From NCBI GenBank assembly GCA_038215615.1, contig JBBQQR010000003.1:64001-128000 (forward strand): a stretch of 64,000 nt of DNA. Reading direction: 5' to 3'. The stretch comes from Vulcanimicrobiales bacterium (GTDB lineage: Bacteria > Vulcanimicrobiota > Vulcanimicrobiia > Vulcanimicrobiales > Vulcanimicrobiaceae). Every line of letters starts with the position of its first letter. The first letter of the stretch is position 1. Below the pieces are notes generated by a model. That model saw only the letters and a list, made by a program, of their open reading frames with translations. It was not told where the DNA came from and searched no databases. A program made the translations under genes and the position numbers. This document shows positions 9,765 through 19,066 of this stretch, piece after piece.

Positions 9765-10817
9765 TTACTTGATCTCGGCGTCGGAGAGACGCGAGGACAA
9801 CGTTTCCGCGGTGCCCGATGCGAGCGCCATCAAACGGGCGTACGGCATACGGCGCGGGCCCAGGACCGAGAGCATGCCGATCGCGCTTTCGCCGAAACGG
9901 TACGGTACGGTGACGATGCTGAAGTCGTTCATCTCGTCGACGCCCAGCTCGTGGCCAATCTTCACTTCGGGCGCTTCGGCCATCATCGAGTCGGCGACCA
10001 GATCGTAGAGCGTTTTCTGTTCTTCGACGATGTTGAGTATCGAACGCAGTTTGCGCGCGTCTTGAAACTCCGGCTGATCGAGCAAATTTTGCGCACCTGA
10101 CGCAGCGAGCGTAGATTGCTCCCCGGAGCGCGCGCTGCGTAGTGCGGTCATAATAACGGTTTTGAATTCCGCGGCCAAACCGAGTTCATCGACCGCCGCC
10201 GCAACGTCGCTTTCACGAATGTCGCGCAGCATCTTATTGCCGAGCCGCGAGTTGAGCGCGTTGGAAAGACACGTGAGTTCATCCGGGCCGATGTCAGCGG
10301 CGAGCTCGAAAAGACTTTGCGACGCTGCTCCCATGGAGGTCACAACGATCCCCATACCCGTTCGCGCGGAGAGCCAAATGAGCTGCAGATGGCGGAACAT
10401 CTGCGCATCGTTCGAAGGCTTGGTCGCAAACGCGAGATTTTTGGAAAGTCTGCCGAGTAAGCGCGTAGCGCTTTCGATCACTTCGTCGAGTTCACGGCTC
10501 GCGTCGCGCAGTTCGTCGCGGATGCGGCGGCGGTCGGCGGCCTGCAGCGTCTCCGGCTGCATCAGTTGATCGACGAACGTGCGGTAGCCGGCATCCGATG
10601 GAATGCGGCCGGCCGACGTGTGCGGTTGAACCAGGTACCCGCCCGCTTCCAGGTCCGCCAATTCGTTGCGGACCGTCGCCGAGCTTACGCCCAGGCTGTA
10701 TTTTTGGGTGAGCGTCTGCGACGCCACCGGCTCGGCCGTAGCGATATATTCGTAGACGACCGTCGCCAGGATATACGCTTTGCGCTTATCTAGGCCGCCG
10801 GGGCTCCCGGGGTTCAT
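9765..10817 (-). CDS. hrcA: Heat-inducible transcription repressor HrcA
   Basis: YIATAEPVAS, SSATVRNELADLE, QPHTSAGRIPSDAGYR, LGPRRMPY. Confidence 0.97.
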   Translation of the reverse strand: MNPGSPGGLDKRKAYILATVVYEYIATAEPVASQTLTQKYSLGVSSATVRNELADLEAGGYLVQPHTSAGRIPSDAGYRTFVDQLMQPETLQAADRRRIRDELRDASRELDEVIESATRLLGRLSKNLAFATKPSNDAQMFRHLQLIWLSARTGMGIVVTSMGAASQSLFELAADIGPDELTCLSNALNSRLGNKMLRDIRESDVAAAVDELGLAAEFKTVIMTALRSARSGEQSTLAASGAQNLLDQPEFQDARKLRSILNIVEEQKTLYDLVADSMMAEAPEVKIGHELGVDEMNDFSIVTVPYRFGESAIGMLSVLGPRRMPYARLMALASGTAETLSSRLSDAEIK

Positions 10818-10826
10818 GGCTCTATC

Positions 10827-10853
10827 TTAGCAATCGCTGGCTAGGAGTGCTAG
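10827..10853. promoter_or_regulatory. CIRCE element (HrcA operator)
   Basis: TTAGCAATC-N9-GAGTGCTAG versus consensus TTAGCACTC-N9-GAGTGCTAA (2 mismatches), directly upstream of hrcA. Confidence 0.9.
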
Positions 10854-10910
10854 GTCCTCGCACGGATTTTTTCGGCAGGCGCCGCACCCGGCTCCCGGTA
10901 AACTCGCGGC

Positions 10911-12872
10911 ATGAAGTCCGCCGAATCGATCGAGGCCCTCTCCCAAGAGAGCCGGCGCTTTCCGCCGTCCGCCGAATTTTCCGCCCAGGCCAACGCTCAG
11001 CCGGACATCTATAAGGAAGCCGAGCGCGACTACTTGGCATTTTGGGAGTCTTGGGCGCGCAAATTAGAGTGGTCGAAGCCCTTCAGTAAGATCCTTGAGT
11101 GGAACGAGCCGTTCGCGCGCTGGTTCAGCGACGGCGAGCTCAACGCGTCGGTCAATTGCCTCGACCGTCACGTTCGCGCCGGCAAGGGCGAGAAGGTCGC
11201 CTATTACTATGAAGGCGAGCCCGGCGACCGCCGGACGATCAGCTACCAACAATTACTCGACGACGTCTGCCGTTTTGCCAACGGCTTGCGCAAACTTGGC
11301 GTAAAGAAAGGCGACCGCGTCGCCATCTACATGCCGATGATTCCCGAACTTCCCGTTGCGATGTTGGCCTGCGCGCGCATCGGCGCCGCGCATTCCGTTA
11401 TCTTCGGCGGTTTCTCACCCGATTCCATCGTAGATCGCGTCAACGATGCCGAGTGCGTCGCGCTCATTACCGCCGACCAGGGCTGGCGGCGCGGTAACAA
11501 AGTTCCGCTTAAAAATAACTGCGATACGGCGATGGCGGGCACGCCGTCAATCAAGCACTGCATCGTCGCCAAACGCGTAGGCGATCCGGTCGAGATGCAG
11601 GCCGGGCGCGACGTGTGGTGGGAGGACGTCGTCAAGGACCAGCCTGCCGAGTGCGCGCCCGAAGCGATGAACGCGGAAGATTTGCTCTATCTTCTCTATA
11701 CCAGCGGAACCACAGCAAAGCCGAAAGGCATCAAACACACGACCGGCGGATATCTCACGCACGTTACGATGACACACAAGTTGGTCTTCGATTTAAAAGA
11801 AAATACCGACGTCTACTGGTGTGCGGCCGACATCGGCTGGGTCACGGGCCATTCATACATCGTCTACGGACCACTTGCCAATCAAGCGACGAGCGTCATT
11901 TATGAGGGCACACCGGATTTTCCCGACAAGGATCGCCTGTGGGAAATTGTGGAGCGTTATAAGGTCAACATTTTGTACACCGCGCCGACCGCCATTCGCA
12001 CGTTCATGAAGTGGGGCGACGAGTATCCCGGCAAGCACGATCTTTCGACGTTGCGGCTCCTAGGCTCAGTCGGCGAGCCGATCAATCCCGAAGCGTGGAT
12101 GTGGTACCGCGAGCACATCGGCGGCAACCGCTGCCCGGTCGTGGACACGTGGTGGCAAACGGAGACGGGCGGCATCATGATCTCGCCACTGCCGGGTGTC
12201 ACTGCGACACCGCCCGGCAGCGCAACCTATCCAATTCCCGGCATTGCGGCCGACATCGTCAACGATCAAGGCGAATCGGTACCGCTCGGAGGCGGTGGGT
12301 ACGCTGTGCTCACGCGTCCGTGGCCCGGGATGCTGCGCGGTATCTGGGGAGACGACGAACGCTATAAGCAAACGTACTGGTCGAAGTTTTCGCACAAGTA
12401 TCTCGCCGGCGACGGCGCGCGGCGCGATCTCGACGGCAATTTCTGGTTCATGGGCCGCATCGATGACGTGATGAACGTCAGCGGTCACCGTATCTCGACG
12501 ACCGAGGTTGAGAGCGCATTTGTGGAACATCCGAAGGTTGCGGAAACCGCCGTATGCGGGAAACTCGACGATGTCACGGGTCAAGCCATCTACGCCTTCG
12601 TTTCACTGCGCGGCGGCGAACTCGGCAGCATGGAACTAGCCGACGAACTGCGCCAGTATGTGGGAAACAAACTCGGCAAATTCACGCGCCCGAAGTACAT
12701 CACGTTCACGCAAGAGTTGCCGAAGACGCGCAGCGGCAAGATCATGCGCCGTCTGTTGCGCGACGTCGCCGAAGGCCGCACGCTCGGCGACACGACGACG
12801 CTTGCCGACGCTACGATTGTTAAAGACCTACAAGATCGCGCAAAATCCGAGGCCAGCTCCGCCGAGGAGTAA
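10911..12872 (+). CDS. acs: Acetyl-CoA synthetase
   Basis: LYTSGTTAKPKG, ADIGWVTGHSY, DTWWQTETGG, LPKTRSGKIMRR. Confidence 0.98.
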   Translation: MKSAESIEALSQESRRFPPSAEFSAQANAQPDIYKEAERDYLAFWESWARKLEWSKPFSKILEWNEPFARWFSDGELNASVNCLDRHVRAGKGEKVAYYYEGEPGDRRTISYQQLLDDVCRFANGLRKLGVKKGDRVAIYMPMIPELPVAMLACARIGAAHSVIFGGFSPDSIVDRVNDAECVALITADQGWRRGNKVPLKNNCDTAMAGTPSIKHCIVAKRVGDPVEMQAGRDVWWEDVVKDQPAECAPEAMNAEDLLYLLYTSGTTAKPKGIKHTTGGYLTHVTMTHKLVFDLKENTDVYWCAADIGWVTGHSYIVYGPLANQATSVIYEGTPDFPDKDRLWEIVERYKVNILYTAPTAIRTFMKWGDEYPGKHDLSTLRLLGSVGEPINPEAWMWYREHIGGNRCPVVDTWWQTETGGIMISPLPGVTATPPGSATYPIPGIAADIVNDQGESVPLGGGGYAVLTRPWPGMLRGIWGDDERYKQTYWSKFSHKYLAGDGARRDLDGNFWFMGRIDDVMNVSGHRISTTEVESAFVEHPKVAETAVCGKLDDVTGQAIYAFVSLRGGELGSMELADELRQYVGNKLGKFTRPKYITFTQELPKTRSGKIMRRLLRDVAEGRTLGDTTTLADATIVKDLQDRAKSEASSAEE

Positions 12873-12897
12873 CGCCGTCGCGCCGCGCTTCCCCGGT

Positions 12898-12978
12898 GTC
12901 ATGGTGAGCCAGCCTGCCCTGAGCCGCGTCGAAGGGAACCACCCTGAGCAGCGCGCAACAGCGCGCTAGCCGAAGGGC
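12898..12978. repeat. Nested REP-like palindromic units
   Basis: Two CCCTGAGC...CGAAGGG units (12917-12936, 12942-12977) plus an outer GTCATGGTGAGC...GAACCA, in the gap between convergent genes. Confidence 0.7.
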
Positions 12979-13072
12979 ACCGTTACTACGGCTGTGGGTT
13001 TTACCTTGACTTCAGCTGCCCGCGTCACACGCGACTGCGTTCGGACAACAACTTTTGCGCTTCACGCCCGCA

Positions 13073-14095
13073 CTAGTTGCTGCTGCCCTTTGGCGGTGGC
13101 GCTCCCTTCAGAATGTCGCGGACGCTCTGATACGGATAGCCGACTTGGGCGTTGAGGCTGTCGTACCATGCCAAGGTGATGAGATCGCGCAGTTCCTCCA
13201 CGCCGCGCGCGAGCTGCGTCGCCGTGAACTTAACGGCAGCCGGCGAGCCATTCGTGAAACCGCCCGCTTTCTCGATATCATAGAGCGGCCCGACACTTTG
13301 CAGTGAACCCTGAATGTAGCCGGCGATGAGCGTTGCTATTTGATCTTGCGTTAGAAGCTTATCCGGCGCCATCATCATCGAAGGAACCATAAGCTGCTTG
13401 ACTGCTCCGGGTGAAATGTAGCGATCGACAAACGTGCTCTCGAAAAACGAGTGCGTGTTTCGCGCATTCGTATAGCCGTTCGGATTGGGATAGTTCCCCC
13501 AACCGTTAAAATGAATAGTGACGTGCAGCGGCTGGCACGCGTCCTCGACAAAATGCCCCCAAACGCCGGCGTCGCGAAGAATCAGCGCCTGGTCGATGGC
13601 GCGATTCGTGGCCGCCTCGGCGCGAGCGCCCGAGCTCGATGCATGACTCGCGCGATAGTTGTCAACGCGCCAGTACGCAAAATCGTACCGTAGCTGTTCC
13701 CAACCCTCGATGATCGCGTAGGGTGAGTACCCTTGCCGGTACTGATCGGTACCCGCCGCACGTAGCGCTGTGTCGTAATCCTCGCGGCTCGCGGGCAATT
13801 TTCCGAGCGAGACAACCCCGGCCACCATGCCGTTATCGTCCAAATCGATATAATGTCCCGGATCGTTTTCCGCATCCCAAGCCGTGCCGGAACCCTTGAG
13901 GCGATCCAACTCCGGCCCCAGATACATGATTTCATATTGAGCCGGCATCGTCCGCATGAAGGCCGGCAGCGTCGACGGGAGCGACGAACCCGCCAGCTGG
14001 CCGATAATTTCGTGTCCCTTGGAGCCCCATGCGAACGCCGGCTCGGTGCAAGCAAAGATCAGCGCAAACAAACCGGCGATACTTTTACGAAGCAT
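13073..14095 (-). CDS. Secreted S1/P1 nuclease family protein
   Basis: Signal peptide ending AFA, mature N-terminus WGSKGH, HYIDLD, HFVEDACQPLH, HSFFE zinc ligands. Confidence 0.88.
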   Translation of the reverse strand: MLRKSIAGLFALIFACTEPAFAWGSKGHEIIGQLAGSSLPSTLPAFMRTMPAQYEIMYLGPELDRLKGSGTAWDAENDPGHYIDLDDNGMVAGVVSLGKLPASREDYDTALRAAGTDQYRQGYSPYAIIEGWEQLRYDFAYWRVDNYRASHASSSGARAEAATNRAIDQALILRDAGVWGHFVEDACQPLHVTIHFNGWGNYPNPNGYTNARNTHSFFESTFVDRYISPGAVKQLMVPSMMMAPDKLLTQDQIATLIAGYIQGSLQSVGPLYDIEKAGGFTNGSPAAVKFTATQLARGVEELRDLITLAWYDSLNAQVGYPYQSVRDILKGAPPPKGSSN

Positions 14096-14660
14096 TTCTC
14101 CCCTTTTCGGAAAATGGTTGGAAGGCATACCCGTGCTCGCGCGACCACGCCACGGTGCCGTTATATAAGAACTCAAAATTCTCGGCCTTGAGTTCGCTGA
14201 CTGTTTTTCGCTGGATGGCGAGCACGTCGGAAAGAGCCTCCCACGTCGAGAGTATCGTCGTCGGCACCACTGTGTAGATCAAAGCCCCGTCCAACAGGCC
14301 CTCTTTCACATAAGCACCCACACGTTCGAAAAACCTCATCACGATGTTCTCTTTGTGAACTGCGTCCGGCGCAGCTTCTGGGAACGCCACGCCCTCGCGA
14401 AATGCCGGATCCTGCATCTGAGCTTTAAGGTCGTGCACGACGAAGCGCACCGCTTCACGAAACTCGGCCTTGTCCATCTCGTCGAAGATGCGCATCGCGC
14501 CTTCGAGCTGCGTCGAGCGCCGCAGATGATTGAGTTGATCGTTGGTGAGCTGCGCTTGGCGCGCTCCCACCTTCACCTGGCGCGAAGCAAAGATCACCGT
14601 GACGGCAATAACCGTAGCCGACAACACCGAGCCGAGCGCCGCCACGGCCTCCCAGCTCAT
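14085..14660 (-). CDS. DUF4760-like membrane-anchored protein
   Basis: N-terminal TM helix, QLNHLRRSTQLE, FFERVGAYVKEGLL, ENFEFL; paralog at 52171..52773. Confidence 0.65.
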   Translation of the reverse strand: MSWEAVAALGSVLSATVIAVTVIFASRQVKVGARQAQLTNDQLNHLRRSTQLEGAMRIFDEMDKAEFREAVRFVVHDLKAQMQDPAFREGVAFPEAAPDAVHKENIVMRFFERVGAYVKEGLLDGALIYTVVPTTILSTWEALSDVLAIQRKTVSELKAENFEFLYNGTVAWSREHGYAFQPFSEKGRNAS

Positions 14661-16564
14661 TAAGCGAAGAACCCCGTGAGTTCGTCCAGATGCGTGATCC
14701 GCGTGGCCGGCGGAAGCGCGCGCAGTATGAGCTCACCGTAGCGCGATGAAGCGGCACGCCCGTCGAGCAACGCCACCATGCCGCGATCGTTTTTGCTGCG
14801 CACGAGCCGCCCAAAGCCTTGTTTGAGCCGCACGATCGCCGATGGAATCATATAATTGTCGAAACCGTTCAAACCGCGCGCTTCCAAAGATTCGATACGC
14901 GCTTGCACGAGCGGATCGCCGGGCGAGGGAAATGGCAGCCTATCGATGATCACGCATGATAACTGCTCGCCGACCACGTCGATGCCTTCCCAAAACGTCG
15001 CCGTGGCGAAGAGCACGGCGTTGGGTGTCGTGCGGAACCATTCCAGCAGATGCATGCGCGGAAGTTCGCCTTGCAGACGGACCGGAAACGGGATCCGCTC
15101 CCGCAACAGCGCATAGACCTCGCGCAAGCGAGCGTGCGATGTGAAGAGCACGAACGCGCGGCCGCGGCTGCGGTCCAGGCACTCCTCGACCAACGGCGCG
15201 GCGAGCTTCGCGAAATGCGGCATCTTCGGATTGAGTTCGGGCGGCGCGACGTAGAGGCGCGCTTGCGACGGATAATCGAACGGCGAAGGCGCGACCAGCT
15301 CCTGCGCCTCGTTCACGCCTAGCGAACGTTTGAGAAACTCGAATGCGCCGTCTTGTGAGCCGGTGTCGGCGATGGTGGCGCTGGTGAGCACTACGCTCTG
15401 CGTCCGCTCGAAAAGCATTGTGCGCAGATACTCCGACACATCGTACGGCGCACTGTTGAGCTGATAGGAGCTGTCGGCTTCGGAGCGCTCGACCCAAGCT
15501 ATGGCGGTATCGCTCGGCGATTGCGCGCGCTCGATGGTAGCCTGATGCGCCAAAATCGCGCGCATGGCGAGATCGCGCCGGCGCTCGGCTTCCGCATCAT
15601 TCTGTGGCTTGCGTTTGAGTGCATCGTGCCAACTCGCGTACAGCCAGTTCTCTAACTTATACAGCGAATCACGCAGTGTCTCGAGCGCAGGCCAGGCCGA
15701 TTCGTTGGCCTGCAGCGGATACCGGTCGCCCGGCACGCTTGCCAGCGCCGATTCAAAGCCGCGCATGCCGCGATCGAACTCGGCGTCGAAATGTCCGGGA
15801 ACGGTATAGGAGCGGTGCAACTTGCGCATCATGCGCCCGATCGAGCCGCGCGAGAGCGTGGCCGTCAGCGCTGCCGTCGCCCAGCGTTCGCACTGATGCG
15901 CTTCGTCGAGTATCACATAGTCGTACGGCGGCAAGAGTCCGCCCCCCATCGCGAGATCCAGAAAAAACAACGCGTGGTTGACGATCACGATGTCCGCAAA
16001 CTTCGCCTCGTCGCGCTTCTTGAAAAAGAAACACTCGCGGAAGTGTTCGCAGTACTCGCCGACGCAGTCGTCCGCGTCCGCATCGAGTTGCTCCCATTCG
16101 TCGTATGCCGGCAAGAACAGCAACTCGGCGCGGTCGCCCGTCTGCGTGCGCGCGCCCCATTCCCACATCTGCTGCATCTTGCGCGAGGGCGCCAACAAGC
16201 GGTCCGCCCGCATGTTCTCGAGCTTCTGCTTGCAGAGGTAGTGATTGCGGCCTTTGAGCAGTGTCACTCGCGCGGGAATGTCGAGCGCCTGCGTCACGAG
16301 CGGAATATCTTTGTTGTAGAGCTGCTCTTGCAGCGCGATCGTGCCGGTCGAAATGACGATTTTCTTCCCACTGCGAAGCGCCGGCACGAGATACGCAAGC
16401 GATTTGCCGACGCCCGTCCCGGCTTCGACTATCGTGTGCATGCCTTCAAGAAAACCGCGTTCGATGAGCTGCGCCATCTGCAGCTGCCCAGGACGCGCTT
16501 CAAAGCCGGCGAGCGATTTTTCGATCGGGCCGCCGGGCGCGAAGACTTCGTCGATGGCCGTCAC
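14660..16564 (-). CDS. DinG/YoaA family ATP-dependent helicase (Fe-S)
   Basis: GTG start overlapping the rhomboid stop; RPGQ Q-motif, EAGTGVGKS, Fe-S Cys cluster, DEAH, FWEGIDV, QGFGRLVR. Confidence 0.93.
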   Translation of the reverse strand: MTAIDEVFAPGGPIEKSLAGFEARPGQLQMAQLIERGFLEGMHTIVEAGTGVGKSLAYLVPALRSGKKIVISTGTIALQEQLYNKDIPLVTQALDIPARVTLLKGRNHYLCKQKLENMRADRLLAPSRKMQQMWEWGARTQTGDRAELLFLPAYDEWEQLDADADDCVGEYCEHFRECFFFKKRDEAKFADIVIVNHALFFLDLAMGGGLLPPYDYVILDEAHQCERWATAALTATLSRGSIGRMMRKLHRSYTVPGHFDAEFDRGMRGFESALASVPGDRYPLQANESAWPALETLRDSLYKLENWLYASWHDALKRKPQNDAEAERRRDLAMRAILAHQATIERAQSPSDTAIAWVERSEADSSYQLNSAPYDVSEYLRTMLFERTQSVVLTSATIADTGSQDGAFEFLKRSLGVNEAQELVAPSPFDYPSQARLYVAPPELNPKMPHFAKLAAPLVEECLDRSRGRAFVLFTSHARLREVYALLRERIPFPVRLQGELPRMHLLEWFRTTPNAVLFATATFWEGIDVVGEQLSCVIIDRLPFPSPGDPLVQARIESLEARGLNGFDNYMIPSAIVRLKQGFGRLVRSKNDRGMVALLDGRAASSRYGELILRALPPATRITHLDELTGFFA

Positions 16565-17193
16565 GACTCGAGTTGGGACTCGTACACGGCGCCGGTGCTC
16601 GGATCGTAGGCGCGCGTACGCACCGGTTTCGGCGGCCAGAAAAGTACGAGCGTTAAGAGAAAACCGGTAACGAGACCGCCGATGTGGGCTTGCCAGGAAA
16701 TGCCGGGAAACGAGAACGAGTAAATTAGATTCAGGATGAGGATTCCGATGTTGGAGCGCACCAGGTCGAAGCCCCGTTCGCCAAATTTTAGACCAATCGC
16801 AAACAACGCACCGAACAAGCCGAAGATCGCCCCGCTTGCGCCGAGCGTGGCAACATCGGGCGGCGAGAAATAGACGATCGCCACACCGGCACCGATCAGC
16901 GAACCAACATAGATGGCCAGCATACGCGGCGAGCCCAGCACGAGCTCGATGAACCGCCCAAGCATGTAGAGCGAAAACATATTGACGCCGATATGAATGA
17001 TGCTGCCGTGTAGGAACGCGGAGGTAAATATGCGGTAATACTGATGATCGTGAGTGATGGTAACCGGCGCCAGCATGCCGTCGTACACGCGCGAATTCGC
17101 GGCAATATTCCCGCCAAATACACCCGGGCCACCGGCGTACATTTCCCAAAGAAAACCGATGACGTTCAGCGCGATCAGCAGGCGAGTGATCAA
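16561..17193 (-). CDS. Rhomboid family intramembrane serine protease
   Basis: YRIFTSAFLHG, HIGVNM, GASGAIFG, AHIGGLVTG. Confidence 0.95.
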   Translation of the reverse strand: MITRLLIALNVIGFLWEMYAGGPGVFGGNIAANSRVYDGMLAPVTITHDHQYYRIFTSAFLHGSIIHIGVNMFSLYMLGRFIELVLGSPRMLAIYVGSLIGAGVAIVYFSPPDVATLGASGAIFGLFGALFAIGLKFGERGFDLVRSNIGILILNLIYSFSFPGISWQAHIGGLVTGFLLTLVLFWPPKPVRTRAYDPSTGAVYESQLES

Positions 17194-17855
17194 GCGGTCA
17201 CCATCACCATGCGCGCAAGTTCGAGTGAGATGGCGTGGCGGCGCTTCTCGACTTCAACGGTCATCGGTCCGCCGAGCGGAGCTTTTTCGTGCACGGTGAC
17301 GTGCGCCCCCGGGCGCAAGCCGACGTCGCCCAAGTAGCGCAAGATCTCCGGAACTTCTTCGGTGACGCCTTGCACGACCGCGTCGCTGCCGACATCGATC
17401 TGCGCGAGCGGAATCCCGGCGCGCTGCGGCGCGCTCAAGTCTTTGGGGGGAATCGGCAAGCCATGCGGACAGACTTTGGGATCGCCCAAGATGTCGATTA
17501 AGCGCGCTTCCATTTTTTCGGTGATCGCGTGTTCGAGCATACACGCTTCGGATTGCACTTCATCCCACGGCATGCCCAAAATGTTGGTGAGCAAGCACTC
17601 CGCCAGCCGGTGCCGGCGCAAGACGCGGACGGCAACTTCCAATCCCGTTTGCGTAAGTTTTACGTCCCCGCGCGCGACGTATTCGAGATAGCCTTCAGAC
17701 GAGAGCTTCTTGAGCATGCCCGAAACCGAAGCCGGCGCGACGCCCAATTCCGACGCCAGGCCCGACGTCGTGACGCCCGGCCCCTCGCGTTCTAGCCTAT
17801 AGACGGCCTCGAGATACTCCTCGGTCGATTCCGCGAAGTGGCTGTGCCCCGACAT
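17190..17855 (-). CDS. DtxR/MntR family metal-dependent repressor with FeoA domain
   Basis: EEYLEAVY, wHTH, RRHRLAE, EACMLEH, CPHGLPIP, C-terminal FeoA/SH3-like domain. Confidence 0.93.
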   Translation of the reverse strand: MSGHSHFAESTEEYLEAVYRLEREGPGVTTSGLASELGVAPASVSGMLKKLSSEGYLEYVARGDVKLTQTGLEVAVRVLRRHRLAECLLTNILGMPWDEVQSEACMLEHAITEKMEARLIDILGDPKVCPHGLPIPPKDLSAPQRAGIPLAQIDVGSDAVVQGVTEEVPEILRYLGDVGLRPGAHVTVHEKAPLGGPMTVEVEKRRHAISLELARMVMVTA

Positions 17856-17878
17856 GAACGGACCCTTCGACGCCCGGC

Positions 17879-18925
17879 TTAGGCTTCCAGGCTAAAGGAG
17901 CCGACGCGCTCGCGCAGCCGCGTTTTCGTTTGCGGCGACGCGAAGGCGGCTTCGATCGCATTGCGCATAAATCGGAGCGGCGCATCTTCGCCGGCAATTT
18001 CGGCCGCGTATGCAAGTTCGTCTGTCAGCGTCGCCTTAAAAATAGCGGGATCGTCCACATCGATTGTCACGATACACCCGGCGTCGTCGAGATCGACCAG
18101 CGGGTGCGGAGCTTCGCCTAGCGCTACGCCGGTCAGAAAATTCGAGGTCGGACAAATTTCGAGCGGTACCTTCTTCTCAACCAATAGCCGCACGACATCG
18201 GGATCTTCAAGCGCCCGAATACCGTGACCGATCCGTTCGGCGCGAAGCACCTCGACGGCCGCGCGCACGCTGGAGGCGCCGGCGCTCTCGCCGGCATGGG
18301 CGACGCAATGCAAACCGTTGGCGCGCGCGAAATCGAAGCACGCTTCGAATATCTCGGCCGGATAGTGGGCTTCGTCGCCGCCTAAGCCGACGCCAATCAC
18401 GCCCAAGTCTTGCATGCGGACGGCGAGTCTAGCCGTTTGCATCGCGCTCTCGACGCCGAAGTTGCGCGTCAAATCGACGATGAGCGCGATTTCGATGCCG
18501 TTCGATTTTAGCGCGCCGTCGCAAGCATCGCGAATGGCGGCCATGCACGCCCGCACGTCGATGCTTTTGTGAAAGAACCGCCAGACCGACGGCGAGACGA
18601 ACAGCTCGGCGTACATGACGTTCTGCGCGACTGCGTCCTGAATATATTGCGATGCGAGCAGCCGGTAATCGGCAGGTTCTGCGAGCGAGCGGCTCACGGC
18701 CGCGAAGGTCAGCAAGAAACCTTCGAAATCTTTAAAAGCGTACGGATCGGCCGGATTGGCGGGCGGCTCGTCGGCGGGGAACGGCCCGGCATCACGGGGG
18801 CGATAGGTCAGTGCAACCCCATGCTTGTTCGCAAGGTCTATGAACGTGGCCGCGCGCAGCGTGCCCTCCAGGTGACAGTGTAACTGGACCTTGGGCATGG
18901 TCCGCAGGAGTTCAGGCGTCATCAT
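17879..18925 (-). CDS. add: Adenosine/adenine deaminase
   Basis: MPKVQLHCHLEG, AHAGE, ERIGHG, ICPTSN, DVDDP; start moved to MMTPE. Confidence 0.9.
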   Translation of the reverse strand: MMTPELLRTMPKVQLHCHLEGTLRAATFIDLANKHGVALTYRPRDAGPFPADEPPANPADPYAFKDFEGFLLTFAAVSRSLAEPADYRLLASQYIQDAVAQNVMYAELFVSPSVWRFFHKSIDVRACMAAIRDACDGALKSNGIEIALIVDLTRNFGVESAMQTARLAVRMQDLGVIGVGLGGDEAHYPAEIFEACFDFARANGLHCVAHAGESAGASSVRAAVEVLRAERIGHGIRALEDPDVVRLLVEKKVPLEICPTSNFLTGVALGEAPHPLVDLDDAGCIVTIDVDDPAIFKATLTDELAYAAEIAGEDAPLRFMRNAIEAAFASPQTKTRLRERVGSFSLEA

Positions 18926-18945
18926 ACCGTATAAGAGTCTTCCGC

Positions 18946-19021
<76 letters not shown>

Positions 19022-19022
<1 letters not shown>

Positions 19023-19057
19023 AAAGAAGCCCCTCGTCTTCGAGGGGCTTCTATTTT
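19022..19057. terminator. Bidirectional intrinsic terminator
   Basis: GAAGCCCCTCG-TCTT-CGAGGGGCTTC 11-bp stem flanked by AAAA and TATTTT, between convergent genes. Confidence 0.85.
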
Positions 19058-19066
19058 CGTCAGCCG

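Noticed and set aside
16565..17149. 195-codon N-terminal extension of the DinG ORF in the ORF track
   Set aside because: It overlaps the rhomboid gene in another frame and has no helicase features; the real start is the GTG at 16564 coupled to the rhomboid stop
17879..17895. TTAG-N9-CTAA inverted repeat upstream of the DtxR/MntR gene as an autoregulatory operator
   Set aside because: Only 4-bp arms, spacing does not clearly fit known DtxR/MntR boxes, and one arm is the add stop codon
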